Assembly (NCBI GenBank): GCA_963768015.1 | Contig: CAVYGK010000015.1 | Location: 122,532-186,531 of the forward strand | Source: an uncultured Solirubrobacterales bacterium | Lineage (GTDB): Bacteria > Actinomycetota > Thermoleophilia > Solirubrobacterales > Solirubrobacteraceae | Direction: 5' to 3' | Length of the DNA stretch: 64,000 nucleotides | In this document: positions 24,832 to 34,623 of the stretch, one piece after another | How positions within the stretch are numbered: position 1 is the first letter of the stretch | How the letters are laid out: each line of letters opens with the position of its first letter | The notes under the pieces: model-generated | Databases searched by the model: none | Told to the model about the DNA's origin: nothing | What the model saw: the letters and a program-made list of their open reading frames with translations, nothing else | Made by a program: the position numbers and the translations under genes

Positions 24832-25518
24832 CTACTCGCCCGAGTCGTCCCCGCCCTCGGCGCCGCTCTCCTCGCCGGCGGCCTCGCCCTCTTCGCCCTC
24901 CTCGCCCTCGCCGACGACCTCGGTCTCCTCCTCAATCGCCTCTTCCTCCTCGAGTTGGAGCTTCGGCGGGGTCAGCGTCGCGATCACCGTCTCTGGGTCG
25001 TCGAGCAGCTCGACGTTGGCGGGCGCGTGCAGTGACTCGAGCGTCAGCGTGTCCCCGATCACCATCTGCGAGACGTCGTGCTGGATCGAGTCAGGGATGT
25101 CGGTCGGCAGCGCCTCGATATGCAGTTCGCGCGTCACGTGCTCGAGCACGCCGCCCTCCTTGACGCCGGGCGCGTCGTCGACACCGGTCAACTCGAGCAG
25201 CACAGTCGACTCGATCTTGACGTCGAGCCTCACGCGGAGCAGATCAACGTGCAGCGTCGCGCCGCTGACCGGGTGGCGTTCGAGCTCCTTGAGGACCACC
25301 GGCGTCGCCGCCGCGTCCTCGATCGACAGGTCGAGCACCGCGCCCGCGTGGGCGAGCGCGATCCGGAGGTCGCGCGACGGCACCTTGAATGCGACCGGCT
25401 CCTGGCCGCCTCCGTAGACGATTCCGGGAACTTCGCCCTCGCGACGCAGGCGTCGCGCGCTTCGCGAGCCGTCGGGCTCACGCGTGAATACCTTGAGTGC
25501 GGTCGTTTCTCTGGCCAT
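24832..25518 (-). CDS. rplY: 50S ribosomal protein L25/Ctc
   Basis: RRLRREGEVPGIVYG, HPVSGATLHVDL, GVKEGGVL, acidic tail. Confidence 0.95.
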   Translation of the reverse strand: MARETTALKVFTREPDGSRSARRLRREGEVPGIVYGGGQEPVAFKVPSRDLRIALAHAGAVLDLSIEDAAATPVVLKELERHPVSGATLHVDLLRVRLDVKIESTVLLELTGVDDAPGVKEGGVLEHVTRELHIEALPTDIPDSIQHDVSQMVIGDTLTLESLHAPANVELLDDPETVIATLTPPKLQLEEEEAIEEETEVVGEGEEGEEGEAAGEESGAEGGDDSGE

Positions 25519-25593
25519 TGGCGGCGTTTGATGGTAGCGGGGCCGTGCAACAAACGCTGGCGGACGACACTAACAGTGCGCTAACCTTTGTCT

Positions 25594-25926
25594 ATGTCGG
25601 GCGACGCTCAGGTGTTGCTTTGGATAGCGGGGGTTCATCTGCTGGGGCTGGCGTGTGTCGGTGTGCTCCTGATTCCCGCGCTGCGCGAGAACGGACCTGG
25701 CACCGCGCGCCGCTCTGACAACGACACCGACGACGGTTGGGGCCGTGGCCCGAAGCCGCCGCCGACTCCCCCGACGCCACCGCGTGGCGGCATCCCGCTC
25801 CCGGATGCGGTGCAGTCGAAGGTTCGCCTGCGCGAGCCGGGCCGCTTGCGCGAACTGCTTCCGCGTCCCGAGCGCCGCCCGACCAGAGAGCCGGCTCGCA
25901 GGCCGGTCCGTACGCCGGAACGCTGA
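25594..25926 (+). CDS. Hypothetical membrane protein
   Basis: N-terminal TM helix, DDGWGRGP and Pro/Arg-rich tail. Confidence 0.65.
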   Translation: MSGDAQVLLWIAGVHLLGLACVGVLLIPALRENGPGTARRSDNDTDDGWGRGPKPPPTPPTPPRGGIPLPDAVQSKVRLREPGRLRELLPRPERRPTREPARRPVRTPER

Positions 25927-25965
25927 GCCGGCGGTCGGGACCGCGCGCCGCACTTCCGACCCCAC

Positions 25966-26424
25966 TCAGTAGTGCTTCGGGCAGTTGTCTCCGCCCGGGA
26001 TCTTGACGCTGACCTTCAGCAGGTGAACGTGGAATCCCTCGAGCACGTTGCCCGAGTTGCGCACCAGGACACACTGAACCCGCGGCAGCGAGCCACCGGC
26101 GATCCATGCGACTCTCGCGGTGCCGAGCGTCGGACCGAGCGAGAAGCCCGAAGAGGCCCCATAGTCGATCACGGAGACGGTGCCGGGATGTCGCAGCTGA
26201 GCCGCCACTTCGTTTGCTCGCTCCTGGCAGGCGGGGCTGCCGCGACAGCCGTCGATCGCCGCCACAACTGCGGCGGGGTTGCCACGCGCCTCGGCCTGTA
26301 GCAGGCTCGTGATCGCCGACTCCTCGGCCCCGCCGAGCGTCAGTGCGCGGGCCAGCACTCCGCTGATGACCAGAAACAGGATTACGCCGACGACTACCAG
26401 CGAGATGACGTACGGGCGCCGCAT
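25966..26424 (-). CDS. Hypothetical membrane-anchored protein
   Basis: N-terminal TM helix; four Cys in the soluble part. Confidence 0.7.
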   Translation of the reverse strand: MRRPYVISLVVVGVILFLVISGVLARALTLGGAEESAITSLLQAEARGNPAAVVAAIDGCRGSPACQERANEVAAQLRHPGTVSVIDYGASSGFSLGPTLGTARVAWIAGGSLPRVQCVLVRNSGNVLEGFHVHLLKVSVKIPGGDNCPKHY

Positions 26425-26465
26425 CGAGCGGGCACGCTAGCGATCATCAGGTCATCACACGCGCG

Positions 26466-27176
26466 CTAGCCGTCCCCGCTGAGCTCGAGGAAGCGCTGCA
26501 CGCTCGCCTCCTGGTGATCGAGGCGCTCGGCGAGCGCGAGCGCGTGCTCGGCGGCGAGCTCGAGAAAGTCCTGGACGCAGCGCTCGGGGTCGTCGGCGAG
26601 CGGATAGACGCGGGTCAGGTCCTGTTGCGCGCAGGCGATCCCCATCGGCGGGCGACCGTCGGCGAGCGTTCGGGCTCCGCAGACCGGCGTCACGACGAGT
26701 TGCGATTCGGTCGCCACGAGCGCGGTCGGAAGCAGCCGGGGTGCGGGCAGACGCACGGACAGCTCGATCGAATGGTCTACCGCGACGCCGCTCCCGGCGA
26801 GTTCGGCAAGCGGCTCGCGCCAGACGTCGAGCACGGTGTCCGCGCCGACGAGCGCGTCGCGCAGCGCGGTTGCCTGCTCGACGTACAGGCGCTCGGCGTC
26901 GTCGCGATCGTCGGCATCGGCGAGATCGAGATCGCAGGGAACGCGCAGCAGGTCGCTCGCGGCGACAGTGGTACCGGCCGAGCGACTGCCCCAGGTGACG
27001 TACGTCTGGAGCGTGCCCAGGTCGCGGCGGCCGTGGAAGATGACGGTCAGCGCTTCGCTGAGCGGCAGCCCACTGACCCGCAGCGAGACGGCGACCGCCG
27101 ATGAGTCATCAAGCAGCGCGCGACGTAGCAGCTCCTCAGCGCCATCGTCCGGACGGTTGCGATCCTCCTCGATCAT
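26466..27176 (-). CDS. Hypothetical protein
   Basis: 236-aa ORF with normal composition; no family recognised. Confidence 0.7.
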   Translation of the reverse strand: MIEEDRNRPDDGAEELLRRALLDDSSAVAVSLRVSGLPLSEALTVIFHGRRDLGTLQTYVTWGSRSAGTTVAASDLLRVPCDLDLADADDRDDAERLYVEQATALRDALVGADTVLDVWREPLAELAGSGVAVDHSIELSVRLPAPRLLPTALVATESQLVVTPVCGARTLADGRPPMGIACAQQDLTRVYPLADDPERCVQDFLELAAEHALALAERLDHQEASVQRFLELSGDG

Positions 27177-27308
27177 CTCTTTCGCTATGAGATCAACGAC
27201 TTATAGCCGCTCATTTACCCACTAGCGCCGGTCGTTGACCATCGCCGCGTGGCGAAACGCCGTCCGCCAGTTGGCCAAGCGGGCGAAGCGGGTAGGCTCC
27301 CAGTTGCA

Positions 27309-27590
27309 ATGGTGAAGCTCCTCTACTGGCCGTTTGCGCTGATCGCGGGGCTCATCTCCGCCCGCCTCGGCAAGGTCCTGTTCCGCAAGGTGTGGGAGAA
27401 GATCGACGACGAGCCGCCGCCCAAGCCGGGGTCGGGCGAGGGCAGCGCCGGCAAGGTGATCGGTGCGCAGGCGCTGCAGGCCGGGATCATGGCCGCCACC
27501 GCGGCGACCGTACACCGCCTGTTCGCCAAAACGTTTCACTACCTCGTCGGGGCGTGGCCGGAGAAGCCCGCCGCCCCGGAAGCGGACTAG
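27309..27590 (+). CDS. DUF4235 family membrane protein
   Basis: KLLYWPF...LFRKVWEKI...PPKP...AALQAG-like...GAWP pattern. Confidence 0.75.
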   Translation: MVKLLYWPFALIAGLISARLGKVLFRKVWEKIDDEPPPKPGSGEGSAGKVIGAQALQAGIMAATAATVHRLFAKTFHYLVGAWPEKPAAPEAD

Positions 27591-28008
27591 CTTCGGGCGG
27601 CCACCAGCCACGCTTGGAGCCCGTCGCGCGCCCACTCGGGAAGCGGCGTCTTGGTCGCGGTCTGCCGGTTGATGAACACGTGGCGCAGCGTCGCCTCGAG
27701 CAGCAGCGCTGATCGTCGCGCAGGAACCGGTAGCTCGAGGTAACGCTCGTGGTGCCGATGTTGGTCACGCTCGCCTCGATCGTGATCTCGTCGTCAAACC
27801 GCGCTGAGCCGAGGAACCTCAGATTGGCTTCGGCGACGACGATGTCCACGCCCTGGTTGAGCATCTTTGTGTAGCCGCCGTAGGCGGCGCGCCACAGCTC
27901 GGTGATCGTGTGGTCGATGTACGCCAGATAGTTAGCGTTGAACAGCACGCCCTGCGAATCGCACTCGGCGTAGCGCACCCGGAGCTGGTGGATGAACGGC
28001 TCAGCCAC
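27587..28008 (-). CDS. Acyl-CoA thioesterase (hotdog fold), apparent frameshift ~27710
   Basis: LRVRYAECDSQGVLFNANYLAY, ARFDDEI; C-terminus LLEATLRHVFI...PLPEW to TAG at 27587. Confidence 0.85.
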
Positions 28009-28118
28009 CGCCGCCGCCTCCCGTGGCCCGCAGCCCGCGGACGAACGGCTCAGCCACCGCCGCCGCCTCCCGTGGCCCGCAGCCCGCGGACGAACGGCTC
28101 AGCCACCGCCGCCGCCTC
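27994..28118. repeat. Exact tandem repeat, 49-bp unit x 2.55
   Basis: GAACGGCTCAGCCACCGCCGCCGCCTC at 27994, 28043 and 28092, separated by identical 22-mers. Confidence 0.95.
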
Positions 28119-28419
28119 TGAGCACGAAGCCCCGCTGCTCGAGCTCCCCGAGTGCGTCCTCGAAGGCGGCGAAGTCGCGCCCGACCAGCGCGTCGATCGG
28201 TCTGCCGGCCGGTCCGGCGGCCCGCACCCAGCGTCGCAGCACCTTTGGCCCGGCGCGCTCGGCCGCCTCGTCCAGCAGCGCGAGCAGGATCGGCAGCTCG
28301 GCGTTCTGCTCGAGCCGGCCGGAAAGCAGCGACAGCGGATCGACATCGAGCGCCGCGCAGAGCTCATCCTCACTCAAACCGAGCAACTCCATCAGTCGCA
28401 CCGCGCGCTCGCCCTGCAC
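28099..28419 (-). CDS. Hypothetical protein, weakly Xre/MbcA-ParS antitoxin-like
   Basis: LGLSEDELCAALDV (HTH-like), RRWVR...GRPIDAL; start uncertain. Confidence 0.55.
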   Translation of the reverse strand: MQGERAVRLMELLGLSEDELCAALDVDPLSLLSGRLEQNAELPILLALLDEAAERAGPKVLRRWVRAAGPAGRPIDALVGRDFAAFEDALGELEQRGFVLRGGGGG

Positions 28420-28459
28420 CCGACCGCCGAGCTGAGGGTCCTCGTGCGCGCCCGTGGTC

Positions 28460-29524
28460 TTAGAACAGCTGGTTCTCGCCGCCGAACACGTCACTGACTG
28501 AGCCGTCGGTGAAGATCTGGCGGATCGAGTTGGTCAACAGGTCGGCACACGACAACACGCGGACGTTGTCCGGCGCGCCGGGCGGGAGCGGGATTGTGTC
28601 GGTCACGACGACCTGCTCGAAGCCGGCCGCAGCGAGGTTCTCCCAGGCGTTGCCGGAGAAGTTGCCGTGCGTGGCGGCCGCGTAGATGCGCCGGGCACCG
28701 GCACCGCGAACGGCCTGCGCAGCGGCGACCAGCGTGCCCGCGGTACCGATCATGTCGTCGACGAGCAGCGCGGTCTTGTCGGCCACGTCGCCGATCACGT
28801 AGCCGATCTCGGCGACCTGCTGGGCCGGGCGCTCCTTGTTGAGGATCGCCAGATCGGCGCCGATCTTGGCCGCGAACTGCTTGTTCAGTTTCACCCGGCC
28901 GGCGTCCGGGGCGACGACGACCAGATCCTCGAGCCCGAGGTCATCGAAGTATTGGGTCAGCATGAACAGCGCCGTCATGTGGTCACACGGCTTCTGGAAG
29001 AACCCCTGGATCTGGCCGGAGTGGAGGTCCATCGTGAGGATCCGATCGATTCCCGCCGCCTCGAGCATCCGCGCGACGAGTCGCGCGCTGATCGGTTCGC
29101 GCGGGGCGGACTTCTTGTCCTGGCGCGAGTAGCCGTACCACGGCGTGACCGCGATCACCCGGTGAGCCGAACCGCCGACCGCGGCGTCGATCATCTCCAG
29201 CAGTTCGACCAGCGAGTCGTTGGCGGTCATCCCGGCAGCGATGTTCTGGCACGTCGGCTGGACGATGAACACGTCCGCGCCCCGGACCGACTCCTCGTAA
29301 CGGCAATACACCTCGCCGTTGGCAAACGTCCTCAAGGTCACGCCGCCGAGGTCGACGCCGAGCTTGGCGGCAATCTTCGCCGCGAGCTCCTGGTTAGCGC
29401 GCCCGGAGAACAGCATCAGGCGTTTCTCGTAACCGACGCGTAGGTCGGTCGGGGCGGTGTGTGTTTGAACGGCCAACGTGTCCGCGAGTCTATGCCTGCC
29501 AGCTGACGTTACGGCCGTGCTCAT
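28460..29524 (-). CDS. prs: Ribose-phosphate pyrophosphokinase
   Basis: [40 protein letters not shown]. Confidence 0.96.
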   Translation of the reverse strand: MSTAVTSAGRHRLADTLAVQTHTAPTDLRVGYEKRLMLFSGRANQELAAKIAAKLGVDLGGVTLRTFANGEVYCRYEESVRGADVFIVQPTCQNIAAGMTANDSLVELLEMIDAAVGGSAHRVIAVTPWYGYSRQDKKSAPREPISARLVARMLEAAGIDRILTMDLHSGQIQGFFQKPCDHMTALFMLTQYFDDLGLEDLVVVAPDAGRVKLNKQFAAKIGADLAILNKERPAQQVAEIGYVIGDVADKTALLVDDMIGTAGTLVAAAQAVRGAGARRIYAAATHGNFSGNAWENLAAAGFEQVVVTDTIPLPPGAPDNVRVLSCADLLTNSIRQIFTDGSVSDVFGGENQLF

Positions 29525-30949
29525 TTGCGCTCTCCGGCGTCCTCGGATTCGCTCTCCGCGCGCTGCCGCCGGCGCTCAGCGTACCCCTCGACGTTGCGCT
29601 GCTCGGCCCGGGCGACACCGGGCGAGCCGGCCAGCGCGCCGGGCGGCACGTCCTGTCCGATGACCGAGCCGGCGGCCGTAAACGCGTCGTCGCCGACGGT
29701 CACCGGGGCGACAAACGTCGTGTCGACGCTGGTCTTCACCCGACTGCCGATCTTTGTGCGGTGTCTTGCGGTAGCCGTCGTAGTTGGCGGTGATCGTGGC
29801 CGCGCCGAGGTTTGTGTTCTCGCCGATCTCGGCGTCACCGATGTAAGAGAGGTGCGGGACCTTCGTTCCGGCGCCCACGTCGGAGTTCTTGATCTCGACG
29901 AACGTCCCGGCCTTCGAACCCTCTCGCAGCACGGTTCCGGGACGCAGATACGCGAACGGGCCGACGCTGACCCGGTCACCGACCACGGCGTCGTTGATGT
30001 AGGAGTGCAGGATCGTGGACCCGTCACCGACCTGCGCGTCAACCAGCGTGCACCCGGGCCCGATCGTCGAGCCGCTACCGATCCGCGTTTCGCCGTTGAG
30101 GCAGGTGAACGGCGCGATCACCGTGTCGTTGCCGATCTCGACACCGGCGTCGACGATCGTCGCGTCCGGGTTGATCACGGTCACGCCGGCGAGCATGTGC
30201 CGCTCGAGGATCTGGCGCTGAGCGACCGCGGTCACCTCGGCGAGCTGGAGGCGGTCGTTGATCCCCAGCAGCTGGGTCGGATCGGCGATCTCGTAAGCGG
30301 TGACGGTGCGCTCGTGCTCACGCAGGATCGGCAGCACGTCCGGGAGGTACTGCTCCCCCTGAGCATTGTTGGTCCGGACCTCCCGCAGCGCCGCGGTCAG
30401 CGCCGCGCCCTCGAACGCGAACAGGCCGGTGTTGACCTCGCGGATGTGCAGCTCAAACTCGCTCGCGTCGCCGGGCTCCTTGGTCTCGACGACGCGCTCG
30501 ACCGTCCCGTCAGGAGCGCGCACGACGCGCCCGTAGCCGCGCGGATCGTCGAGCACGACGGTCCCGATCGTGCCGGCCGAGCCGCTGTGCTCGTGATCGG
30601 CGACCAGGCCGTGAAGCGTGGCGGCCCTCACCAGCGGCACGTCGCCATTGAGCACCACGACCGTCTCGGCGTCGCCGATCACGGCCGTCGCGGCCCTGAC
30701 CGCATCGGCCGTCCCAAGCGGGCGCTCCTGGACCGCGAGCAGCACGTCGTCGGCGCCGTCGAGCGCGGCCGCCAGCCGCCGCTCCGGCGAGTCCACGACC
30801 ACGATCTTGGCGGCGCCCGCCTCCCGCGCAGCGGCGACTGACCAGCTGATGATCGGCCGCCCGCACAGCGGATGCATGAGCTTCTGCGTGGAAGAGTGCA
30901 TCCGCGTTCCCTGCCCAGCAGCGAGGATCACGACGACGGGCGCGGTCAC
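29521..30949 (-). CDS. glmU: Bifunctional UDP-GlcNAc pyrophosphorylase/acetyltransferase, apparent frameshift ~29762
   Basis: [50 protein letters not shown]; C-terminus FVAPVTVG in the next frame. Confidence 0.95.
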
Positions 30950-30990
30950 GGCGTGATCGTAGGCGATGTTGGCGGTCTTCTGGGTCTGAT

Positions 30991-31747
30991 TCAGGCCGCC
31001 TCCTTCTGGTCCTCGTCGTTCGTCGCCTGCTCGTAGGACCGGATCCACTTGCGCACGGCGTTATCCGTCACCCCGTACTTGCGCCCGCCGGCCAGGACGC
31101 TCATCGAGCGCACGTCGCGCAGCAGCTGCTCATAAGACGGCCTCGGAACCTTTCGCCTCGCTGGCCGTGGTACTCCGCGGAGGCTGTTGCCGAGCACGGT
31201 CCCCCAGCATTGTTGACAGCAGTACCGATGTCGAATGTGCCGCGGCGCAAACGGCTGGCCACAACCCGGACAGTTGCGCTCCCGCGGCAAATTGCGACCG
31301 CTAGTGAGTCTCGAGCGTGGCCGCGCAATTCGCGCAGACAATCCGGAGATTCTCGAATCGATGGTCGTTGGAGACGCCGTTGATGTGATTGAGAACGAGG
31401 GACATGCGTCGTCCGTTCCGCAGCTCACCTTGGGCGCACATCTCGCAGACCCGCTGCTTGAGTCCGGAGCCAAACAAGCGCTCCTTGAGAGCTCCGCGTG
31501 GGTAGGTCGAGTTCTCAACGAGAGCCTCTTCGAGCGGCGTGACCCGCGCCTTCGATGCACGACGGCGCGCGAGATTCGGATCGAAGTGATCCGTCGAAAT
31601 CCCCCATCTCGCGGCCCACCGCTGAACCGTCCTGTGGTTTGCGCCCTTGACTTCATAACCCAACGCCCGAAGGGTGTCCGCCCAGCACGTTGCGCCGGCG
31701 ATTGCCTCTCGCAGGTCGGATTCTGAGAATGGTGGCGGGCACGACAT
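30991..31747 (-). CDS. tRNA-linked HNH endonuclease with C-terminal zinc finger and HTH; 1-bp insertion near 31302
   Basis: CEMC...LNHINGVSNDHRFENLRIVCANC; removing one base gives THCGRNL...CPGC...YCCQQC...GRKYGVTDNAVRKW. Confidence 0.8.
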
Positions 31748-31767
31748 ACACGAACACTAGTTCGTGT
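31748..31767. promoter_or_regulatory. LexA (SOS) box
   Basis: ACA-CGAAC-ACTA-GTTCG-TGT, a perfect Gram-positive CGAAC-N4-GTTCG site abutting the HNH ATG. Confidence 0.8.
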
Positions 31768-31807
31768 GCCAGACAGAAAGGCCGGTTTTGCGGGAATTTG
31801 TTACAGA

Positions 31808-31879
31808 CTGGGGAGCCCGGATTTGAACCGGGACCTCACGGCTCCAAAGGCCGGCGGGCTGCCGTTACACCACTCCCCA
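31808..31879 (-). tRNA. tRNA-Gln(TTG)
   Basis: TGGGGAG...anticodon loop CT-TTG-GA...CCCGG-TTCAAAT-CCGGG-CTCCCCA-G; canonical position upstream of glmU. Confidence 0.95.
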
Positions 31880-31916
31880 GTGCATTGGATGCACTGACCC
31901 GAAAAGCGTAGCCCGC

Positions 31917-32489
31917 TCACACTCGAGGATCCAAGATGCGCCTGAGCTCAGCGTCGAGTATCGGGTCAGCGAGCGCCGCGCTGACGTCGGAAGCGCTGTG
32001 CAGCCCGCGCTCGGCGCGAAGCATCCCGACCTCAATGCCCGCCCGGTGCGCGACCGTGAACGCGATCGCCATCGCGTCGGCGCTGCGCCAGACATCGTCG
32101 GGCAGCGTGGGGAGGAGCGCCAGCGGGTGCGCAAGAGCGACCAGGTAGAAGCCACCGTCGAACACTGGACCGACTGACACCGCACACCCGGCAGCGAGGT
32201 CGCCAAGAGCGGCGGTCGAGTGATCAAGTGGCCAGCGCGCCAGGTCGGGCCAGGCGATCAGCAGCGGCCCGTCGGCGCCCTCGAGCACGCGCGTGGCGGC
32301 GTCGGCCGGAAGCTCGCCCGCGTCTGCACGGTGCACCAAACCCGGGGTGACATCGTCCGCCCAGGTGAGCAGTCGCGTCATCAGGATCTCGCGCAGCTTC
32401 GTCGCCCGGCGATCGCCCAGCAAAGCGTCGAGCCCGTCGTCGGCACGCCCGGCGCTCGCCATCACAAGCACCGCAGGCGGCGCCGCCAA
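31917..32489 (-). CDS. DUF2064/CofC-like nucleotidyltransferase-fold protein
   Basis: IAWPDL...SVGPVFDGGFYLVAL resembles the DUF2064 GPAxDGGYYL motif; starts just after the MTAP stop. Confidence 0.65.
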   Translation of the reverse strand: MAAPPAVLVMASAGRADDGLDALLGDRRATKLREILMTRLLTWADDVTPGLVHRADAGELPADAATRVLEGADGPLLIAWPDLARWPLDHSTAALGDLAAGCAVSVGPVFDGGFYLVALAHPLALLPTLPDDVWRSADAMAIAFTVAHRAGIEVGMLRAERGLHSASDVSAALADPILDAELRRILDPRV

Positions 32490-32490
32490 C

Positions 32491-33294
32491 TCAGCCCTGC
32501 TCGATGCGGTACATGGTGCCGGCGGGGGCGGGCGGGGCACGGTCCAGCACCGGCACCGCAGCGGCGATCACGTCGGCGAACACGGCCGGGCTCTGGCCCA
32601 TCAGCTCGACCATCTTCGACGCGGGCGTCGTCGCTCCTGGCACGACCTCGTTGGCGTAATCCGTCACGAAACCGAGCAGCCCAAACGGCAGCCCCAACTC
32701 CCCACACAGCACGGTCTCCGGCCCCGCGGTCTGGCTGACCGCGGTCACCCCGCAGGCGGCGAGCTGGGCGATCTCGGTCGGCGTGTTGAAGCGTGGCCCG
32801 TCGACGTGGCCATAGGTGCCGCCGTCGCGAGCGCCGTGCCCAGCCTCGGCCGCACCGTCGACCAGCGCCCGCCGGACGCCATCGGAGAAAGGGCCGCCAT
32901 GCAGGGTCCAGTGTCCGCGTTCGGGGTCACCCGGCTGCACGTGAAAGGTGCACAGCGAGCCGTCGGGCAGGCGGTTGGAGATGAAATGCAGATCGTCGAA
33001 CACGACCAGTGATCCGAGCTCGAGGCTCGCGTCGACCGCGCCGCACGCCGTGCATCCGATCACCGCGCTCGTGCCGAGCTCGTGCAGTGCCCAAATGTTC
33101 GCCCGGTGCTCGACGTGGTTTGACAGCCGCACGTGGCCGGGTCCGTGGCGCGAGACGTGCAGGAGTTCGACGCCCGCGAACTTGCCTCGCGATATGGCCA
33201 CGGATCCGAACGGCGTCTCGACGGTCTCGACCTCGGCGTGCTCGAAGCCCGGTAGCGCGTGCGTGCCGGAGCCGGTGATCACGGCGATCGCCAT
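32491..33294 (-). CDS. MTAP-family purine nucleoside phosphorylase
   Basis: ITGSG, ETPFG, RHGPGH, RANIWAL, GPRFNTPTE, VTDYA. Confidence 0.88.
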   Translation of the reverse strand: MAIAVITGSGTHALPGFEHAEVETVETPFGSVAISRGKFAGVELLHVSRHGPGHVRLSNHVEHRANIWALHELGTSAVIGCTACGAVDASLELGSLVVFDDLHFISNRLPDGSLCTFHVQPGDPERGHWTLHGGPFSDGVRRALVDGAAEAGHGARDGGTYGHVDGPRFNTPTEIAQLAACGVTAVSQTAGPETVLCGELGLPFGLLGFVTDYANEVVPGATTPASKMVELMGQSPAVFADVIAAAVPVLDRAPPAPAGTMYRIEQG

Positions 33295-33317
33295 CGCGCG
33301 ATGCTATTGAAAGCGCC

Positions 33318-33719
33318 TTGACCCAGTCGACCGTGATCTACGACGCCGATTGCGGGTTCTGCAGATGGTCGTTGGCCTTGCTGCTGCGGGCCGACCGCGA
33401 CCGCCGCCTGCGCCCGTTGGCACTCGGCACGCCCGAGGCCGACGGGCTGCTCGCCGATCTCGATCAAGAGCAACGAGAGGCGTCCTGGCACCTGGTGAAG
33501 CCCAATGGCGTGCGAGCTTCGGCCGGTGCCGCCCTCCCGGCAGTGGTCGAGCTGCTGCCGCACGGAAAAGTCCCGGCGAGCCTCCTGGAGCGGATCCCGG
33601 GGCCGACCGAGCGCGTCTACCGCTGGGTCGCCGACCACCGCTCGCATCTCAGCCGCGCCGTACCGAGCAACGCCAAACGCCGAGCCACCGCACTGATCCA
33701 GGCGAGGTCAAGCTCGTGA
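33318..33719 (+). CDS. DCC1-like thiol-disulfide oxidoreductase (DUF393)
   Basis: IYDADCGFC, YRWVADHR. Confidence 0.85.
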   Translation: MTQSTVIYDADCGFCRWSLALLLRADRDRRLRPLALGTPEADGLLADLDQEQREASWHLVKPNGVRASAGAALPAVVELLPHGKVPASLLERIPGPTERVYRWVADHRSHLSRAVPSNAKRRATALIQARSSS

Positions 33720-34615
33720 GATTGCTGGTCGCCCACGACGATGACGTGCGCGCTCTGCCACCGCGGGCCGCCGTCGACGCGATGCGCGAGCTGCTGTTAT
33801 CCGCAGCCGACGGCCGCATGCAAGCGCCGCCGCGACTGCGGGCAGCGCTCGACGGACTCGACTACGTGTTCACGGTCGGTCGGCTGGCTGACGGGACGAG
33901 CGGCTTTCGCGTCTATCGCGCGGGCGAGCCGGCCGGCGATCAGCTGACCGCGGTCTGGTCGCCGAATGGTGAGCTGCGCGGGATCGTGACGGGCGACGAG
34001 CTCGGCGCGCGGCGAACCGGAGCGCTTGGTGCCGTCGCGGCCGACGTGCTCGCCCGCGCGGATGCTGCGATCGCGGGTGTCGTCGGAAGCGGCGGGCAGG
34101 CGTGGACGCAGCTGTGGGCGCTGAGCGCGGTCCGCGGGCTCGATCGGGTCCGGGTCTACAGCCCCACCGCTGCCCACCGCGAGGCGTTCGCCCGCCGCGC
34201 GGGTGACGAGCTGGGACTGGAAGCAACCGCGGTCGGGAGTGCCAGCGAGGCGGTCGCCGGCGCGGACCTGATCGTGCTGGCCACGCGGTCGACGACGCCC
34301 GTGATCGAGGCCGCGGACGTGTCGCCGGGCGCACACGTCGTGACCGTCGGCCCGAAGTCACGTAGCGGGCACGAGACCCCGACTGAGCTGGTCACGATCG
34401 CGGCGGTCGTGACGTGCGATTCACCCGCCCAGGCGCGCGCCTACCAGGAGCCGTTCTTCACCGGCGACGTCGAGCTGGTGGACCTCGCGGACGTGGTCGC
34501 GGGACGCGTCCCCGGGCGCCGAGGTCGCGACGAGGTCACCCTGCACTGCTCGGTCGGCCTGGCGGGCAGCGAGGTGGCGCTCGCGGCACGGGTGTTGGCT
34601 GAGCCCGGGCAGTAG
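33716..34615 (+). CDS. Ornithine cyclodeaminase/mu-crystallin family protein
   Basis: RRTGALGA, VGSGGQA, ADLIVLAT, GAHVVTVG, SVGLA; GTG overlaps upstream stop. Confidence 0.85.
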   Translation: MRLLVAHDDDVRALPPRAAVDAMRELLLSAADGRMQAPPRLRAALDGLDYVFTVGRLADGTSGFRVYRAGEPAGDQLTAVWSPNGELRGIVTGDELGARRTGALGAVAADVLARADAAIAGVVGSGGQAWTQLWALSAVRGLDRVRVYSPTAAHREAFARRAGDELGLEATAVGSASEAVAGADLIVLATRSTTPVIEAADVSPGAHVVTVGPKSRSGHETPTELVTIAAVVTCDSPAQARAYQEPFFTGDVELVDLADVVAGRVPGRRGRDEVTLHCSVGLAGSEVALAARVLAEPGQ

Positions 34616-34623
34616 GTCAGACT

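Noticed and set aside
27994-28118. CRISPR-like repeat-spacer pattern (27-bp core x3)
   Set aside because: The two spacers are identical, there are no cas genes, and the core is a gene junction; it is a tandem repeat
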